DNA of 64,000 nucleotides, taken from the IMG/VR virus record IMGVR_UViG_3300009705_003007, positions 1 to 64,000 of that record; one strand, written 5' to 3'. Source of the DNA: a virus. The notes under the pieces were generated by a model. That model saw only the letters and a program-made list of their open reading frames with translations. It was not told where the DNA came from and did no database searches. Shown one piece after another: positions 49,602 through 59,499 of this stretch. The first letter of the stretch is position 1. Every line of letters begins with the position of its first letter. The position numbers were made by a program, and so were the translations under genes.

Positions 49602-50308
49602 TGTAAATCCTTTAAAGAGTCTATTTCTTTTATCAACATTCCTTTAGGTTCTTTTGCCTTCATTGGAATACCGCTATTGATCATCATGTTAAACAGTTCA
49701 AAGGGGTATAGTTTATTACGTCTCTTGTCTGCGCATAGATTTTTTAATTCGTCAAAAATGTAGTCTTCAAAATATGCTATTTGACACCATTTGTTTGTAA
49801 GACCGTAGGCAAAATTTGTAACATTGCCATCAACAACAGTAACTCCAATTTCTTCTTCTCTAAATCTAGACTTGGAATCTACCACCACACACGACCCATC
49901 AGATGTTATACCTCTTATTGAATAAACATTAAAAACTAAATCACCATATACTATCAATAGTTTTTTATTGGACGACGCGTTTATTCCAATCCTTATGCTT
50001 TCTACTATATTTGCTTCTTCGTATTTGGTATTTTCTATGACTCTTATGTTATGCGGAAGGGTTTTAATAACCTTATCAGACTCAAACCCAACTATTACAA
50101 TAATATCAGAATATGGATACTCTTTTTTTATATTAGATATTGTCTTCTCTAATATTGTTTCTTTTTGGTTAGCCTTTAGTAAACACTTTGGGCCATACGA
50201 CTTCATCCTGTGACCGATTCCAGCCACGGGTATTATCACTGTTAAGGGGTCGTTAGGATTTGTTCCAGCTCCCTGTTTTTTAATCGTTGACGTAAACCTA
50301 CTAGACAT
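49598..50308 (-). CDS. Sugar-/choline-phosphate nucleotidyltransferase (LicC/NTP-transferase family) (track start 50371)
   Basis: IIPVAGIGHRMKSYGPKCLL, VYGDLVF and EIDSLKDL motifs. Confidence 0.8.
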   Translation of the reverse strand: MSSRFTSTIKKQGAGTNPNDPLTVIIPVAGIGHRMKSYGPKCLLKANQKETILEKTISNIKKEYPYSDIIVIVGFESDKVIKTLPHNIRVIENTKYEEANIVESIRIGINASSNKKLLIVYGDLVFNVYSIRGITSDGSCVVVDSKSRFREEEIGVTVVDGNVTNFAYGLTNKWCQIAYFEDYIFDELKNLCADKRRNKLYPFELFNMMINSGIPMKAKEPKGMLIKEIDSLKDLQ

Positions 50309-51086
50309 ATCTATCCTGCGCTTTTTGCATAACTCTTCTCCAGTTTTTTTGCCACACTTCTTGGTTAACAATAAAAGAGGAGTTATCTCCTGTAACCCTA
50401 ACCATTGTTAAAGATTTTGGAACATGAGCTATGATGAATTTTTCACTTATTCTCATCCAAAGGTCATAATCTTCGCATGTGCGCATTGTCTTGTCGTAAT
50501 ATCCCGTGTCTTCACAAACGACCTCTAAAGCTTCTTTAGATATCAAAGATCCGCTGTGAACAATACACTCACGAACCAGTCTTTTTTTATTGAACGGCTC
50601 TTTGTATTCTCTAATGCTTTTTTTAGTACTTGTGTGAAAGGTATCATAATCAGCATAAACCACACCAATCATCCCATCACCCTTTTCAAAAACCGGAATA
50701 CATTCCGATATTTTATTCTCATACATTTCGTCATCAGAATCTAAGATGGCATAAATATCAGTCTCATTTAATGTGTATTCTATACCAATATTTCTCGCTT
50801 GGCTTGGGCCGCTATTTTCATTCTTTATTGCTATTATCTTGGTGTTTCCAAACCTGCCACCAAGAACTCTGGAAAACGTTACATCTAAAAGTGAATGAGA
50901 GTCCTTAGCTGCGTGTTTTATGTAAGGGGTGATAATATCCCAAGATCCGTCGGTAGACCCGTCGTCAACGATGCAAATCTGTAATGGGCCAGAATAGTCT
51001 TGGTTTATAGCGCTTTCTATTGCTTTGTCCAAGTACTCTTCATCATTATAGTTTGCTATTAATATAGTAACCAAAGGAAGTGTCAT
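50301..51086 (-). CDS. Glycosyltransferase family 2
   Basis: ILIANYN, VDDGSTD, NSGPSQARN, LDSDD, EDYDLWMR. Confidence 0.92.
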   Translation of the reverse strand: MTLPLVTILIANYNDEEYLDKAIESAINQDYSGPLQICIVDDGSTDGSWDIITPYIKHAAKDSHSLLDVTFSRVLGGRFGNTKIIAIKNENSGPSQARNIGIEYTLNETDIYAILDSDDEMYENKISECIPVFEKGDGMIGVVYADYDTFHTSTKKSIREYKEPFNKKRLVRECIVHSGSLISKEALEVVCEDTGYYDKTMRTCEDYDLWMRISEKFIIAHVPKSLTMVRVTGDNSSFIVNQEVWQKNWRRVMQKAQDRYV

Positions 51087-51898
51087 CTTAATTCATCCCA
51101 TGTTCTTACAAGAGAATATTCTATTCCTGTTTTATCCATGTCTTCGCCGTCTAGAAGTTTTTCTTCTAGAGAGACTCCTCTGTTTCCGTATAAAAATTTA
51201 TGCAAAACACACTGAGCCGTCATTCCATTAATTCCATCGTGGGGTTTTACATAACCAACCTTTTCAACGTTGGTGTTTATGGCTGAATGCAATACGGAAA
51301 TTAAGTCTTTTGGTACTTCTTTACCACATTCAAAAATACTATAAAATCCATTATGAAAATTCGCAAAAACTTCATCTACAATAGCAAGGTTAGATACGTC
51401 GCCTCTTACTGCTTGAACCTTAAAGAGTACGTCAGAATCTTCCAAGAGAGATCTTGATTTCTGTATACATTCAATTAAAAGATCGTCATTAGAGGTGACT
51501 ATTATAATTTGCGCAGCCTTAAATCTTTCTTGATTCAAAATTGAATTAATCGTCATTTCAATTTCATTTAGATTATCCTTGACCAATACCACAAAATTAA
51601 TTTTCGGGTATATTTCATTATCTAAGGCCTCTTCTAAATCCTCTTCTTTGTGTGCTGTTTTCCAAATATCGTTTCTATAAGCAGAACACCAACCCTTTAA
51701 AACAGCAAATTCGTTATCTTCTTCGTCTTTTGCGTATATGATTTCAACATTTTGCTCTTCGAATTTCTCAAGCCTACCAAGCGAACAGCCGGTTTGGGTT
51801 TTTTTATGCTTTGTTGAAAAAACGCAGTCTCTACAGGAGGTTGTCAGTTCTCTTTGATCGGGTAATGATGACAATCCCGCTTCTTTAAAGTCGCTCAT
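51083..51898 (-). CDS. Hypothetical protein with N-terminal Cys cluster and degenerate GT-A-like domain
   Basis: CRDC...C...C cluster; INFVVLV...TINSILNQ resembles a GT2 start but has no clear DxD. Confidence 0.45.
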   Translation of the reverse strand: MSDFKEAGLSSLPDQRELTTSCRDCVFSTKHKKTQTGCSLGRLEKFEEQNVEIIYAKDEEDNEFAVLKGWCSAYRNDIWKTAHKEEDLEEALDNEIYPKINFVVLVKDNLNEIEMTINSILNQERFKAAQIIIVTSNDDLLIECIQKSRSLLEDSDVLFKVQAVRGDVSNLAIVDEVFANFHNGFYSIFECGKEVPKDLISVLHSAINTNVEKVGYVKPHDGINGMTAQCVLHKFLYGNRGVSLEEKLLDGEDMDKTGIEYSLVRTWDELR

Positions 51899-52362
51899 TA
51901 GGATCTCTCAGCCTCTACTATTAGTTTAATTCCGTTAATTCGTTTTTTGGTAATTCTCAGTCCTTTACTTTCAAGCAATTGACACAATTCTTCTATGGTT
52001 GTGTGACTAAGACGAACATCCCACGGAAACAAAAAATTTCCATGCATAATTTTATTGAAAGTTTTTATGTCTATTTCTTTTCTGTAAAAAGACTTTGCAG
52101 CTCCGTAAGCATCTACTGATGTTACAATAATTTTGCCACCACGCCTTATCTTTTTAATCCACCCAAACAACGCTTGAATAGACTGTTCTTTTTCAAGGTA
52201 GTCTAGTACGTCTTCAGATATAAGTTCGACACATTCTGAATCTGAAACCACCTCGCTTATATCTCTAATGTCTACAGATATGTCATCAAACTTTGTAATT
52301 GGATCTATATTGACATAACCATTAAGCTTGTCTTTTTCTCCAACGGTAATTCTAATCTTCAT
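51898..52362 (-). CDS. Degenerate SAM-methyltransferase-fold protein
   Basis: GYVNID...VDIRD...DVLDYL...IRRGGKIIV layout, but the glycine-rich SAM loop is eroded (TVGEKD). Confidence 0.55.
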   Translation of the reverse strand: MKIRITVGEKDKLNGYVNIDPITKFDDISVDIRDISEVVSDSECVELISEDVLDYLEKEQSIQALFGWIKKIRRGGKIIVTSVDAYGAAKSFYRKEIDIKTFNKIMHGNFLFPWDVRLSHTTIEELCQLLESKGLRITKKRINGIKLIVEAERS

Positions 52363-52363
52363 G

Positions 52364-53383
52364 CTAACCCTTAAAAACTATATTTGACGCCGTATAAAGT
52401 ATGTGTTGCCACTTATCCACAAATTTTTCCGCTGAGTATCTATTTACTATTGTCTTCCTTGCGTTATCCCCGATTTCTTTTGCCATGTCCTCATCGTTTA
52501 ATAGATCAACAAGATACTGCTTCATTTTATTTTCGTCGTTTGTTATGAATCCGTTAACGCCGTTCTCTATAACTTCTGGAATCATGCAAGTTTCTGTTGA
52601 AACCACAGCGCATCCACAAGACATAGCTTCCATTAGGGCTGTTGGAACAGGGGATATTGTTGATGTATTAAGAAATATCCTACTATTTTGGTAATCTGAC
52701 ACAAGCTTTTCCGTTGAGATTGCCGGTTTTGATAAACCCGGAGTATCTCCTACAACCTTATGTGGCAGCCCGTTAATCGTTCTTTGCCAAATGCTAAAAC
52801 CACAACACCAATCTCTGTTTATCCAGTCGTTCACAACGGATAAAATTTCGTCACTTCTTTCTTCTTCTTTGGGGCAAAATAAATCGGTGTCGATTCCGTG
52901 AGTGATTACCTTAGTGTCTTTTTCGTCTTTCCATCCCCAAGCATCAATACTGTATTGGGATATAAAAAGGTTTACGTGTCCTCTCATGTTTCTTAGTTGA
53001 TCAAGAGTATCTTCACCCCATTGAGGCATTGGTAAAGTGTGTTCTAAACTAACCAACGGCAAGTGTAAAACACTCGCTAACTCTGCGGCCTTCTGGAATT
53101 GACCAAATTTGTTTTGAGAAAGAACTAAATCAAAATCTATGTATTCCGGAATTTGATTGATGTCAAGTTCTGGGTCAAGAAGATGATAGTTGTCTGGAAG
53201 CCTAGCGTAGGTTTCATTCCAGTCTTTAATACCTTCGGCTCTATACGCATAGAAATTATGACCAGTCTTAGATAGCATACTTTCGTAACGTTCATGCGTT
53301 GGAAAAGTAAGGATGTTTAACTTTTCAGTTGGCTTCCTAGTGGCGGCTCTAATGATATAAGGTAAGGGACTAACTATTGGCAT
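52364..53383 (-). CDS. Glycosyltransferase family 4
   Basis: ITHGIDTDLF, FLNTS...PTALMEAMSCGCAVVS, PEVIENGVNG. Confidence 0.88.
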   Translation of the reverse strand: MPIVSPLPYIIRAATRKPTEKLNILTFPTHERYESMLSKTGHNFYAYRAEGIKDWNETYARLPDNYHLLDPELDINQIPEYIDFDLVLSQNKFGQFQKAAELASVLHLPLVSLEHTLPMPQWGEDTLDQLRNMRGHVNLFISQYSIDAWGWKDEKDTKVITHGIDTDLFCPKEEERSDEILSVVNDWINRDWCCGFSIWQRTINGLPHKVVGDTPGLSKPAISTEKLVSDYQNSRIFLNTSTISPVPTALMEAMSCGCAVVSTETCMIPEVIENGVNGFITNDENKMKQYLVDLLNDEDMAKEIGDNARKTIVNRYSAEKFVDKWQHILYTASNIVFKG

Positions 53384-54488
53384 TTAACAGATCCTTTATT
53401 AAGTTACCAATGTTTTTGTGCGAATATTTCTGAGCCTGCTTGAGTCCCTCTTCTCGCATTTTATTTAATGCGTCTCGTTGTTCGTAAACGTGTCTCATGC
53501 AGCGCATCAATTCTTTTATACTGATGGAAGACCAAAACTCATTTCCGGTAAAGAGATTATTAAACGTTTCCAACATGCCGGTCACGGGTTCATCTACTCC
53601 TTCTATTAAGAATCCCCCGTGACCAATAAAATCTGACATTCCTCCAACATTGGTACAAATCGGAGTTTTGCCAAATCCCATAGCGTCAAAAGCCGGTATA
53701 CACCAAGCCTCTCCATAACTCGGCATAACAAAACAGTCACAGCTAGTATGGATCTTGTATATATCTTCTTCACTAATAAAGCTTGTTACGATAAGGTCTT
53801 CTTTGTAGTCATCTATACTGGGGAATCTCTTTAGCCCAATTTTAATTTCATTGCAGATATCCCTAACCTTTAATGCCGCCTCTTCTTCTGATAGTCCATA
53901 CTTAGATGATTTAATCAGTATAGATACTGGTTCAGATGGGTCAAACTCAGCATGAAATGCCGTTATAAAGGCTTCTAGGTTTTTTCTTTTGTTCAGGTCT
54001 GCAATGGTGTAGAAAATAAAATTGTCTGACGCGCTTGGAAAATTTGTTTTGCCATAGCTTTGTCCGAATTTTGAAAAGTTGGAAGCATGTGGAACAACCT
54101 TGATTGGAATTTCTACACCGCTTGCTTGTGATGATTTAAACATTTGGTTATTAATAACCCAAGCTTCATCCATCATGTTGATCTTTCTAGACCAACCAGA
54201 GTCGATAAAATTACTGGTTTCTGTGGCGTAAAGACCTATGTTCTTTTTAAATTTAGGCGTGTACTCCATCAAGTGTGGGAGAATATGCTGTATACAAACT
54301 TCGGCTCCAGAACTATCTTTTCTTTCTAGCTCGGTGATTCTGTTTGGAATTGGAATATTGTTTTTGTTTAGCTTGACGGGGCGAGGAACAACATCAATAC
54401 CAACCGAATCCATAGCTAGTATGTAATCCGTGGCAGCTTGTCCCCATCCTGTACCGTCTCTGTAACAACCGACGTAAAGGACTTTCAT
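53370..54488 (-). CDS. Glycosyltransferase family 4
   Basis: RKNL, DCFVMPSYGEAWCIPAFDAMGFGK. Confidence 0.88.
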   Translation of the reverse strand: MKVLYVGCYRDGTGWGQAATDYILAMDSVGIDVVPRPVKLNKNNIPIPNRITELERKDSSGAEVCIQHILPHLMEYTPKFKKNIGLYATETSNFIDSGWSRKINMMDEAWVINNQMFKSSQASGVEIPIKVVPHASNFSKFGQSYGKTNFPSASDNFIFYTIADLNKRKNLEAFITAFHAEFDPSEPVSILIKSSKYGLSEEEAALKVRDICNEIKIGLKRFPSIDDYKEDLIVTSFISEEDIYKIHTSCDCFVMPSYGEAWCIPAFDAMGFGKTPICTNVGGMSDFIGHGGFLIEGVDEPVTGMLETFNNLFTGNEFWSSISIKELMRCMRHVYEQRDALNKMREEGLKQAQKYSHKNIGNLIKDLLNANS

Positions 54489-56113
54489 GTTCTGTCCCTT
54501 CTAATTGATTCCCATGTGTTTCTTCTATTGCATAGATTCAACATCATATTATACGATTCATTTTCACCAAACGGCTCAAACGTAGGTTTAACGAACTTGT
54601 AAGAGTCTTCGTTTAGATACATTTCGCCAGTACCCTCCACGTACATTCCATAATTTAAGTCTCTAATAAGTCTTGACTCAAAATAAGTATTTAGTTTTTC
54701 TGGCTCTCCAAGAACTTCTGTTATTAACCATCTAGCATACTCTGAAGAAGATAAACCAGCAGAAGCTTTTTTCGCCGGTTGATGAATTCTTGGAGGAGAT
54801 TTCCAAGTTTCCTCAACTGGTTTTAATTTTATTGAATCAAAGTATTCTCCCCACTTCTTCGCCGTGTCATCCCACTGATAATGTTTCTCAAAATTTTTCC
54901 TAGTTTTCTCTCCAACGCTTCTTTGTTCTTCTTTTGTTAAATTAAAGAAGTCCTGCATTATTGCAGCTGTTGATTCATTGTCTGGGACGGCTCTATTACA
55001 CCCTGTTTCAACTTCGTTGTATAAGCCTTTTACTTTTATGGGATATCCTTCTAGCTTTCTGATAACGCTACTCATTGCGGAATAGTCCACACTGGCAACA
55101 GGAACCCCACAGGCGGCAGCTTCTACTTGCGGTAGACCAAAACCCTCACTGTTTGCGTACTGTACATACAAGTCAAACAGGTTCATTATTTTTGATAGGT
55201 ATTCATACGATGCGCCCTTTTGAACGCTCGCTAGCCCAGCGGAAAATCTGCCACATTCTGGGCATTTTCTTCTTGCGTCAGAAAAGAAAGAAGGAAAGGC
55301 GTTTTTACACTCGTTGCACACATACGTGAACACAACCTTGCTTGAAAGTTTGTAACGATTAAGGAGCTTGGGTATATCCCACCCTAAGTCAGGATAGCTA
55401 GTGTGGCAATATAATAAGACATCGTTTCTTTTGCTTTTATCCAAAAACATCCTGAAGGACTCAAACAAGTCTGGAAAGAGTTTTCTTCTTTGGTTTCTCA
55501 TCACAGTCCCAATAAATTTTACATCAGGATCAAAACCCATACTCTTCTTATGTTCTTCTTTATCTGCAACTGGTTGATAAGCAGCATCGGCTGATGGAGG
55601 TGCGCTACCTAAGCATTTTATAGCGTTGTTAGATTCGTTAATTAAAACCTCATGACCCCAATCTGAATAGTTAAATACTCCATCGGCGTTTGCAAACGTG
55701 CTTAACCATTGTTCGTTTTGCGGAGCTGCATCAACGGTTGGCATAATAACCCAATGGAAATATGGCCTAAAAGGAGATCGTTCCTGATATTCAAACATCC
55801 AAAAATCACGTATGTCACAAACTATGTCTGGTAGAAAATTTAGTAATACAGATTCAAATTTATATTCACCAAATTGGTTTGTCGGCAAAGATTCATACTT
55901 TGCTTTCTCTTCTTCTGTTGAGGGCATGTTTCCATAGAAAGTCCAAGGAACAGAGGACATTCTTTGGTCTTTGTCGTCTCCGTAACTAGCAAATTCTGCT
56001 AACTCGTATTTATTAGTAGCGTGTAAACGACTCATCACTTCACGCATGTACGTAGCGTAACCAGTGTTCAAATAGGTGGCTTCACCGCAGAAGAGTATTC
56101 TTTTTTTTCTCAT
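54485..56113 (-). CDS. Glycosyltransferase family 4 with inserted zinc ribbon
   Basis: RNQRRK and SEGFGLPQVEAAACGVP motifs; CNEC...CPEC insert. Confidence 0.88.
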   Translation of the reverse strand: MRKKRILFCGEATYLNTGYATYMREVMSRLHATNKYELAEFASYGDDKDQRMSSVPWTFYGNMPSTEEEKAKYESLPTNQFGEYKFESVLLNFLPDIVCDIRDFWMFEYQERSPFRPYFHWVIMPTVDAAPQNEQWLSTFANADGVFNYSDWGHEVLINESNNAIKCLGSAPPSADAAYQPVADKEEHKKSMGFDPDVKFIGTVMRNQRRKLFPDLFESFRMFLDKSKRNDVLLYCHTSYPDLGWDIPKLLNRYKLSSKVVFTYVCNECKNAFPSFFSDARRKCPECGRFSAGLASVQKGASYEYLSKIMNLFDLYVQYANSEGFGLPQVEAAACGVPVASVDYSAMSSVIRKLEGYPIKVKGLYNEVETGCNRAVPDNESTAAIMQDFFNLTKEEQRSVGEKTRKNFEKHYQWDDTAKKWGEYFDSIKLKPVEETWKSPPRIHQPAKKASAGLSSSEYARWLITEVLGEPEKLNTYFESRLIRDLNYGMYVEGTGEMYLNEDSYKFVKPTFEPFGENESYNMMLNLCNRRNTWESIRRDRT

Positions 56114-56673
56114 GTGTTATATTCTTGTAGCAATTTAATAATTAATTCTATTTTACATTTTATGTCTTCTTTTGAACACGAAGTAAAGCTTCCTATTTCA
56201 CTATTTGTATATCCCTGAATTCTAAGCTTTACTATAAACTTATTCTCTTCCGATAGCAAATCCGGAAGATAGTCTTCTATATCTTCTTTGTTGTCGGAGG
56301 TCTTGTCTTGTTCTAATACACATCTAAATTCTGAATTTCCAATCTTGTTTACTTTTTTGTTCATTGTAGAGATTGCGTTTTTTATACAAATGCTTGCAAA
56401 CGTGCTAAATATAGCTTTATTTTTATCATGAGTTCTAATAGCCTTAAGGAGGCCAATCAAACCAGCTTGAATATAATCTTCAAAATTATTGTCATTCAAA
56501 AAGCAAAGAGCTTGAGAAACAACCAATCCGTAGTTTTGATGGATCAGTTTTTCCTCAAGCTCTTTTTGTTCTTCTAGTATATTATCAGCTAGATTCTTGC
56601 TTTTGGTTTTCTTGGCTGTTAAAGAGTTTGAATTCTTTAACCCTGAATTTTGTTGAGAATCTTTTGTTACCAT
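56110..56673 (-). CDS. Phage RNA polymerase sigma-70-family factor (start uncertain)
   Basis: Region 2 EDYIQAGLIGLLKAI...FSTFASICIKNAI; region 4 LSEENKFIVKLRIQGYTNSEIG. Confidence 0.85.
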   Translation of the reverse strand: MVTKDSQQNSGLKNSNSLTAKKTKSKNLADNILEEQKELEEKLIHQNYGLVVSQALCFLNDNNFEDYIQAGLIGLLKAIRTHDKNKAIFSTFASICIKNAISTMNKKVNKIGNSEFRCVLEQDKTSDNKEDIEDYLPDLLSEENKFIVKLRIQGYTNSEIGSFTSCSKEDIKCKIELIIKLLQEYNT

Positions 56674-56944
56674 TTTTATCAGTCCAAGAGTTGTTTCTTG
56701 CGGAGGCGACTAAATCAATAACGTCACCCTTGTCGCAATATCTTTCTATCGTGATTCCACCTGAGTCCCACGCTTCAAAATCGAAAAAATTGACACTCTT
56801 TTTCTTTTCTCCGTTTTTTTCTTTTCTATACTCACTAATCGCTAAAGTAAAAGTGCATAGACTTGTATGCTCGAACTCTACAATTTCTGGAGCGTTTGTT
56901 AACTTTCCAATAAACCGACAATAGTTTGAAATAGTGTTAGCCAT
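56585..56944 (-). CDS. ssb: Single-stranded DNA-binding protein (track start 56971)
   Basis: FIGKLTNAPE, FTLAI, FFDFEAW, KGD, NSWTDKNGNKR; AAGGA SD before ATG 56944; no acidic C-terminal tail. Confidence 0.88.
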   Translation of the reverse strand: MANTISNYCRFIGKLTNAPEIVEFEHTSLCTFTLAISEYRKEKNGEKKKSVNFFDFEAWDSGGITIERYCDKGDVIDLVASARNNSWTDKNGNKRFSTKFRVKEFKLFNSQENQKQESS

Positions 56945-57009
56945 TTTCTTTCCTTTTTTCAATAAGACCAAAAACTAATAATGAATGGTATGCAAGTCTG
57001 AGGTTTTTG

Positions 57010-58602
57010 TCAACTTAGTTCTATCACGTCGTCTACAATTAAGCCATCGTCTATTTGGTATCGTTTATTTTTAGAACTCTGACCTACTAGTATTACATTG
57101 TTTCCTTCGTATAAAACGTTTTTGTATTCCTTCCACTTGTCCGAAAAGATTGTGACTGTATCCAAAGCTCCTGTATGATCTTCGACACACAGAAATGCCA
57201 TTTCAACACCCTTCATCTTTCCCTTTTTAGTTACGTATCTTTTAACTTCTGATATAGTAACGGCCATCTTGACACCGTTTTTCTTGCCGTCCAAGAACTC
57301 TTTAATCGTTGTGTTGGCGAGCTTTGTATCGTAGGTTTCCACCCTTGAGTACGTCAACGCAACCCCAAGATAATTTTCTTCTGTCCTTATAATCCATTCT
57401 GGGTCATCTTTCATTGAGTGAGATGGTTTTTCACAATAAATTACTAAATCAGATATTATTCCTGATCTTCTACTATTAAAAGCAGCACCACCTTCTTTCT
57501 TGGTGGGTGACATCTTTTTTAGCAAGTTCATAAGGTCTTTATACTTATTATAATTGTTAATACCCCATTCTTGCTCTTTTTTTGTTAGGTTTCCCCAAGT
57601 ATCAGTTTCATCTAGCATTTGTTTTCTTGACTCTGGAAGATGAGCAAAAAAACCAATTGATATCAATGCCACAAGCATTCTTGAGTTAATCTTGGGTGAG
57701 ACCAACACAAGAAACTCAAACCAAGACCAATCAGGTAGTTTTTTGCCTATCTCTTCTTCTGCAATCCTAATTTCATCTTTAAATTTTTCTATCTGCTTCA
57801 TGCCTATAGATTTCACATCGAGAAGACCAAAATATATTTTGCGGTCAATAATGTCAGTTGAAACATTAACATCTTGTATTGAAGGAGGACTCATGTAGAT
57901 TTCACTATTCTTAGCATCGTTAACAAGCTCTTTTACTTCTTGTTGTGGATCAGGTTTTCCAGAAGAGTGAATAAGATAGTTGCAGTAAAACTCAAGAGGA
58001 TGGTGAGATTTAGCGTAAGCGCTCCAATAAGCACAGATGGCATAAGACACAGCGTGGGATTTGTTAAACGAATACCTACTTGAGGCTTCAATCCAGCTAA
58101 AGATTTCTTCAGCCTCTTCTTCGTTAACGATCTTCTCTACAATGGCTCCTTTTAAAAACTTCTTTTTAACCTCAGCCATAAGGTCTGCCTTCTTCTTACC
58201 AATAGCTTTACGAAGATCGTCTGCTTCCTGAAGGTTAAACCCCGCAAGCTGCTGCACTATTTTCATAGCCTGTTCTTGATAAACAAGAACTCCTTGAGTT
58301 CCTTTTAAGATTGGCTCAAGAGAAGGATGAAGGTATGTTATTTCTTCTTTAAGGTTTTTTCGATCAACAAACCTTTGGGTCATTGACTTGCCATCTTGGA
58401 TAGCCTTTAATGTTCCCGGTCTAATAATCGAAACTAAAGCAGCAAGCTCTTCTATGTTTCTAGGTCTAACACGTTTAGCCCAAGATTTTCCAAGATTGCT
58501 TTCTAATTGAAAAACCCCTTTTGTCTTCCCTGAGCATATTAAGTCCCAAGTTTTTTCATCGCAAAAATCAATACTGAGAACATCAAATGTGGAGGTTTCC
58601 AT
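57010..58602 (-). CDS. dnaE: DNA polymerase III alpha, C-terminal half (fingers, HhH, OB) (track start 58638)
   Basis: GVFQLES, IIRPG, GVLVYQEQ, ADDLRKAIGKK, YSFNKSHAVSYA, and an OB fold with TKKGKMKGVEMAF...ED.TG. Confidence 0.92.
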   Translation of the reverse strand: METSTFDVLSIDFCDEKTWDLICSGKTKGVFQLESNLGKSWAKRVRPRNIEELAALVSIIRPGTLKAIQDGKSMTQRFVDRKNLKEEITYLHPSLEPILKGTQGVLVYQEQAMKIVQQLAGFNLQEADDLRKAIGKKKADLMAEVKKKFLKGAIVEKIVNEEEAEEIFSWIEASSRYSFNKSHAVSYAICAYWSAYAKSHHPLEFYCNYLIHSSGKPDPQQEVKELVNDAKNSEIYMSPPSIQDVNVSTDIIDRKIYFGLLDVKSIGMKQIEKFKDEIRIAEEEIGKKLPDWSWFEFLVLVSPKINSRMLVALISIGFFAHLPESRKQMLDETDTWGNLTKKEQEWGINNYNKYKDLMNLLKKMSPTKKEGGAAFNSRRSGIISDLVIYCEKPSHSMKDDPEWIIRTEENYLGVALTYSRVETYDTKLANTTIKEFLDGKKNGVKMAVTISEVKRYVTKKGKMKGVEMAFLCVEDHTGALDTVTIFSDKWKEYKNVLYEGNNVILVGQSSKNKRYQIDDGLIVDDVIELS

Positions 58603-59266
58603 CTGCAAAAGCCTTTTCAAATTTAATTTTTGGAGCAATTCGTCTGTGGAGCTTCATAAAGCCTATCATCAAATTTGCCGTATCTTTAACATCTTGCAAT
58701 GCGTCGTGAGCATTTTCCTTACTTATACCAAACAGGTCACGCATTGAATCCATGCTTAACGATTTTACATCGGCATTATTTTCCATCCACATCCAAACAT
58801 TATCCATTACATCAATTCTATGGATTTTATTAAACAGTACTTGCTTTCCTGTTTTCTTGTCGGTTGGGCCGTATTGCTCACACATGCGCTGAACAATAGG
58901 CATGTCGAATCCTACTATGTTGTAACCGGCGGCTACTGGAGCGTAGTAGGGAGTGCCTTTGAAGTTGTACCTGTTAACAAAATTGGCGAACTTTTTCCAA
59001 ACCGTTCTAGCAGCAGGAGCTTTAGCTAGCTCTTCTCTTGTCTTGCCGTTCACGGCTAGGGCTTCGTCTTCTATTGGGTCTAGCCCTTTCTCGATAGCTT
59101 CCTCGTCGTCTAGAATAGGACGAATTAAACTTTCAAAGTACCCCTCTGGCTGAACGGTTAACTTTCTTCCGTGTATGGCGACTGCCGCAATTTGAACTGG
59201 TTGCGTCTTGTCTGGGTTACGAGAACCTGTCTCAAAATCGAATACAATAATATCTCTATAGTTCAT
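58583..59266 (-). CDS. dnaQ: DEDDh 3'-5' exonuclease (DnaQ/epsilon-like)
   Basis: ExoI FDFETG, ExoII GYNIVGFD, ExoIII HDALQD. Confidence 0.88.
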   Translation of the reverse strand: MNYRDIIVFDFETGSRNPDKTQPVQIAAVAIHGRKLTVQPEGYFESLIRPILDDEEAIEKGLDPIEDEALAVNGKTREELAKAPAARTVWKKFANFVNRYNFKGTPYYAPVAAGYNIVGFDMPIVQRMCEQYGPTDKKTGKQVLFNKIHRIDVMDNVWMWMENNADVKSLSMDSMRDLFGISKENAHDALQDVKDTANLMIGFMKLHRRIAPKIKFEKAFADGNLHI

Positions 59267-59499
59267 TTGATCTTCCTTCTTATTTCAAAAAATTTATCTA
59301 AAGCTTCGTCAACGTCTTCATATAGTTCGCTAAAAAAATATGAATGTACTTGGTATTTAGTCCGTTTAATAACTGATTGATAAAAATCGTTTATTTTACA
59401 AATAGACAGACTCTTGTACTCTGTGTATTTTCCATTTTGGATTCTGCTCTTTATGTTTTGTCGGTAGCTTTTGTTTTGTTTAGACATTTTCGCTTTCAA
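59263..59499 (-). CDS. Small basic hypothetical protein
   Basis: Overlaps both neighbours in a tightly packed operon; no motif recognised. Confidence 0.5.
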   Translation of the reverse strand: MKAKMSKQNKSYRQNIKSRIQNGKYTEYKSLSICKINDFYQSVIKRTKYQVHSYFFSELYEDVDEALDKFFEIRRKIK

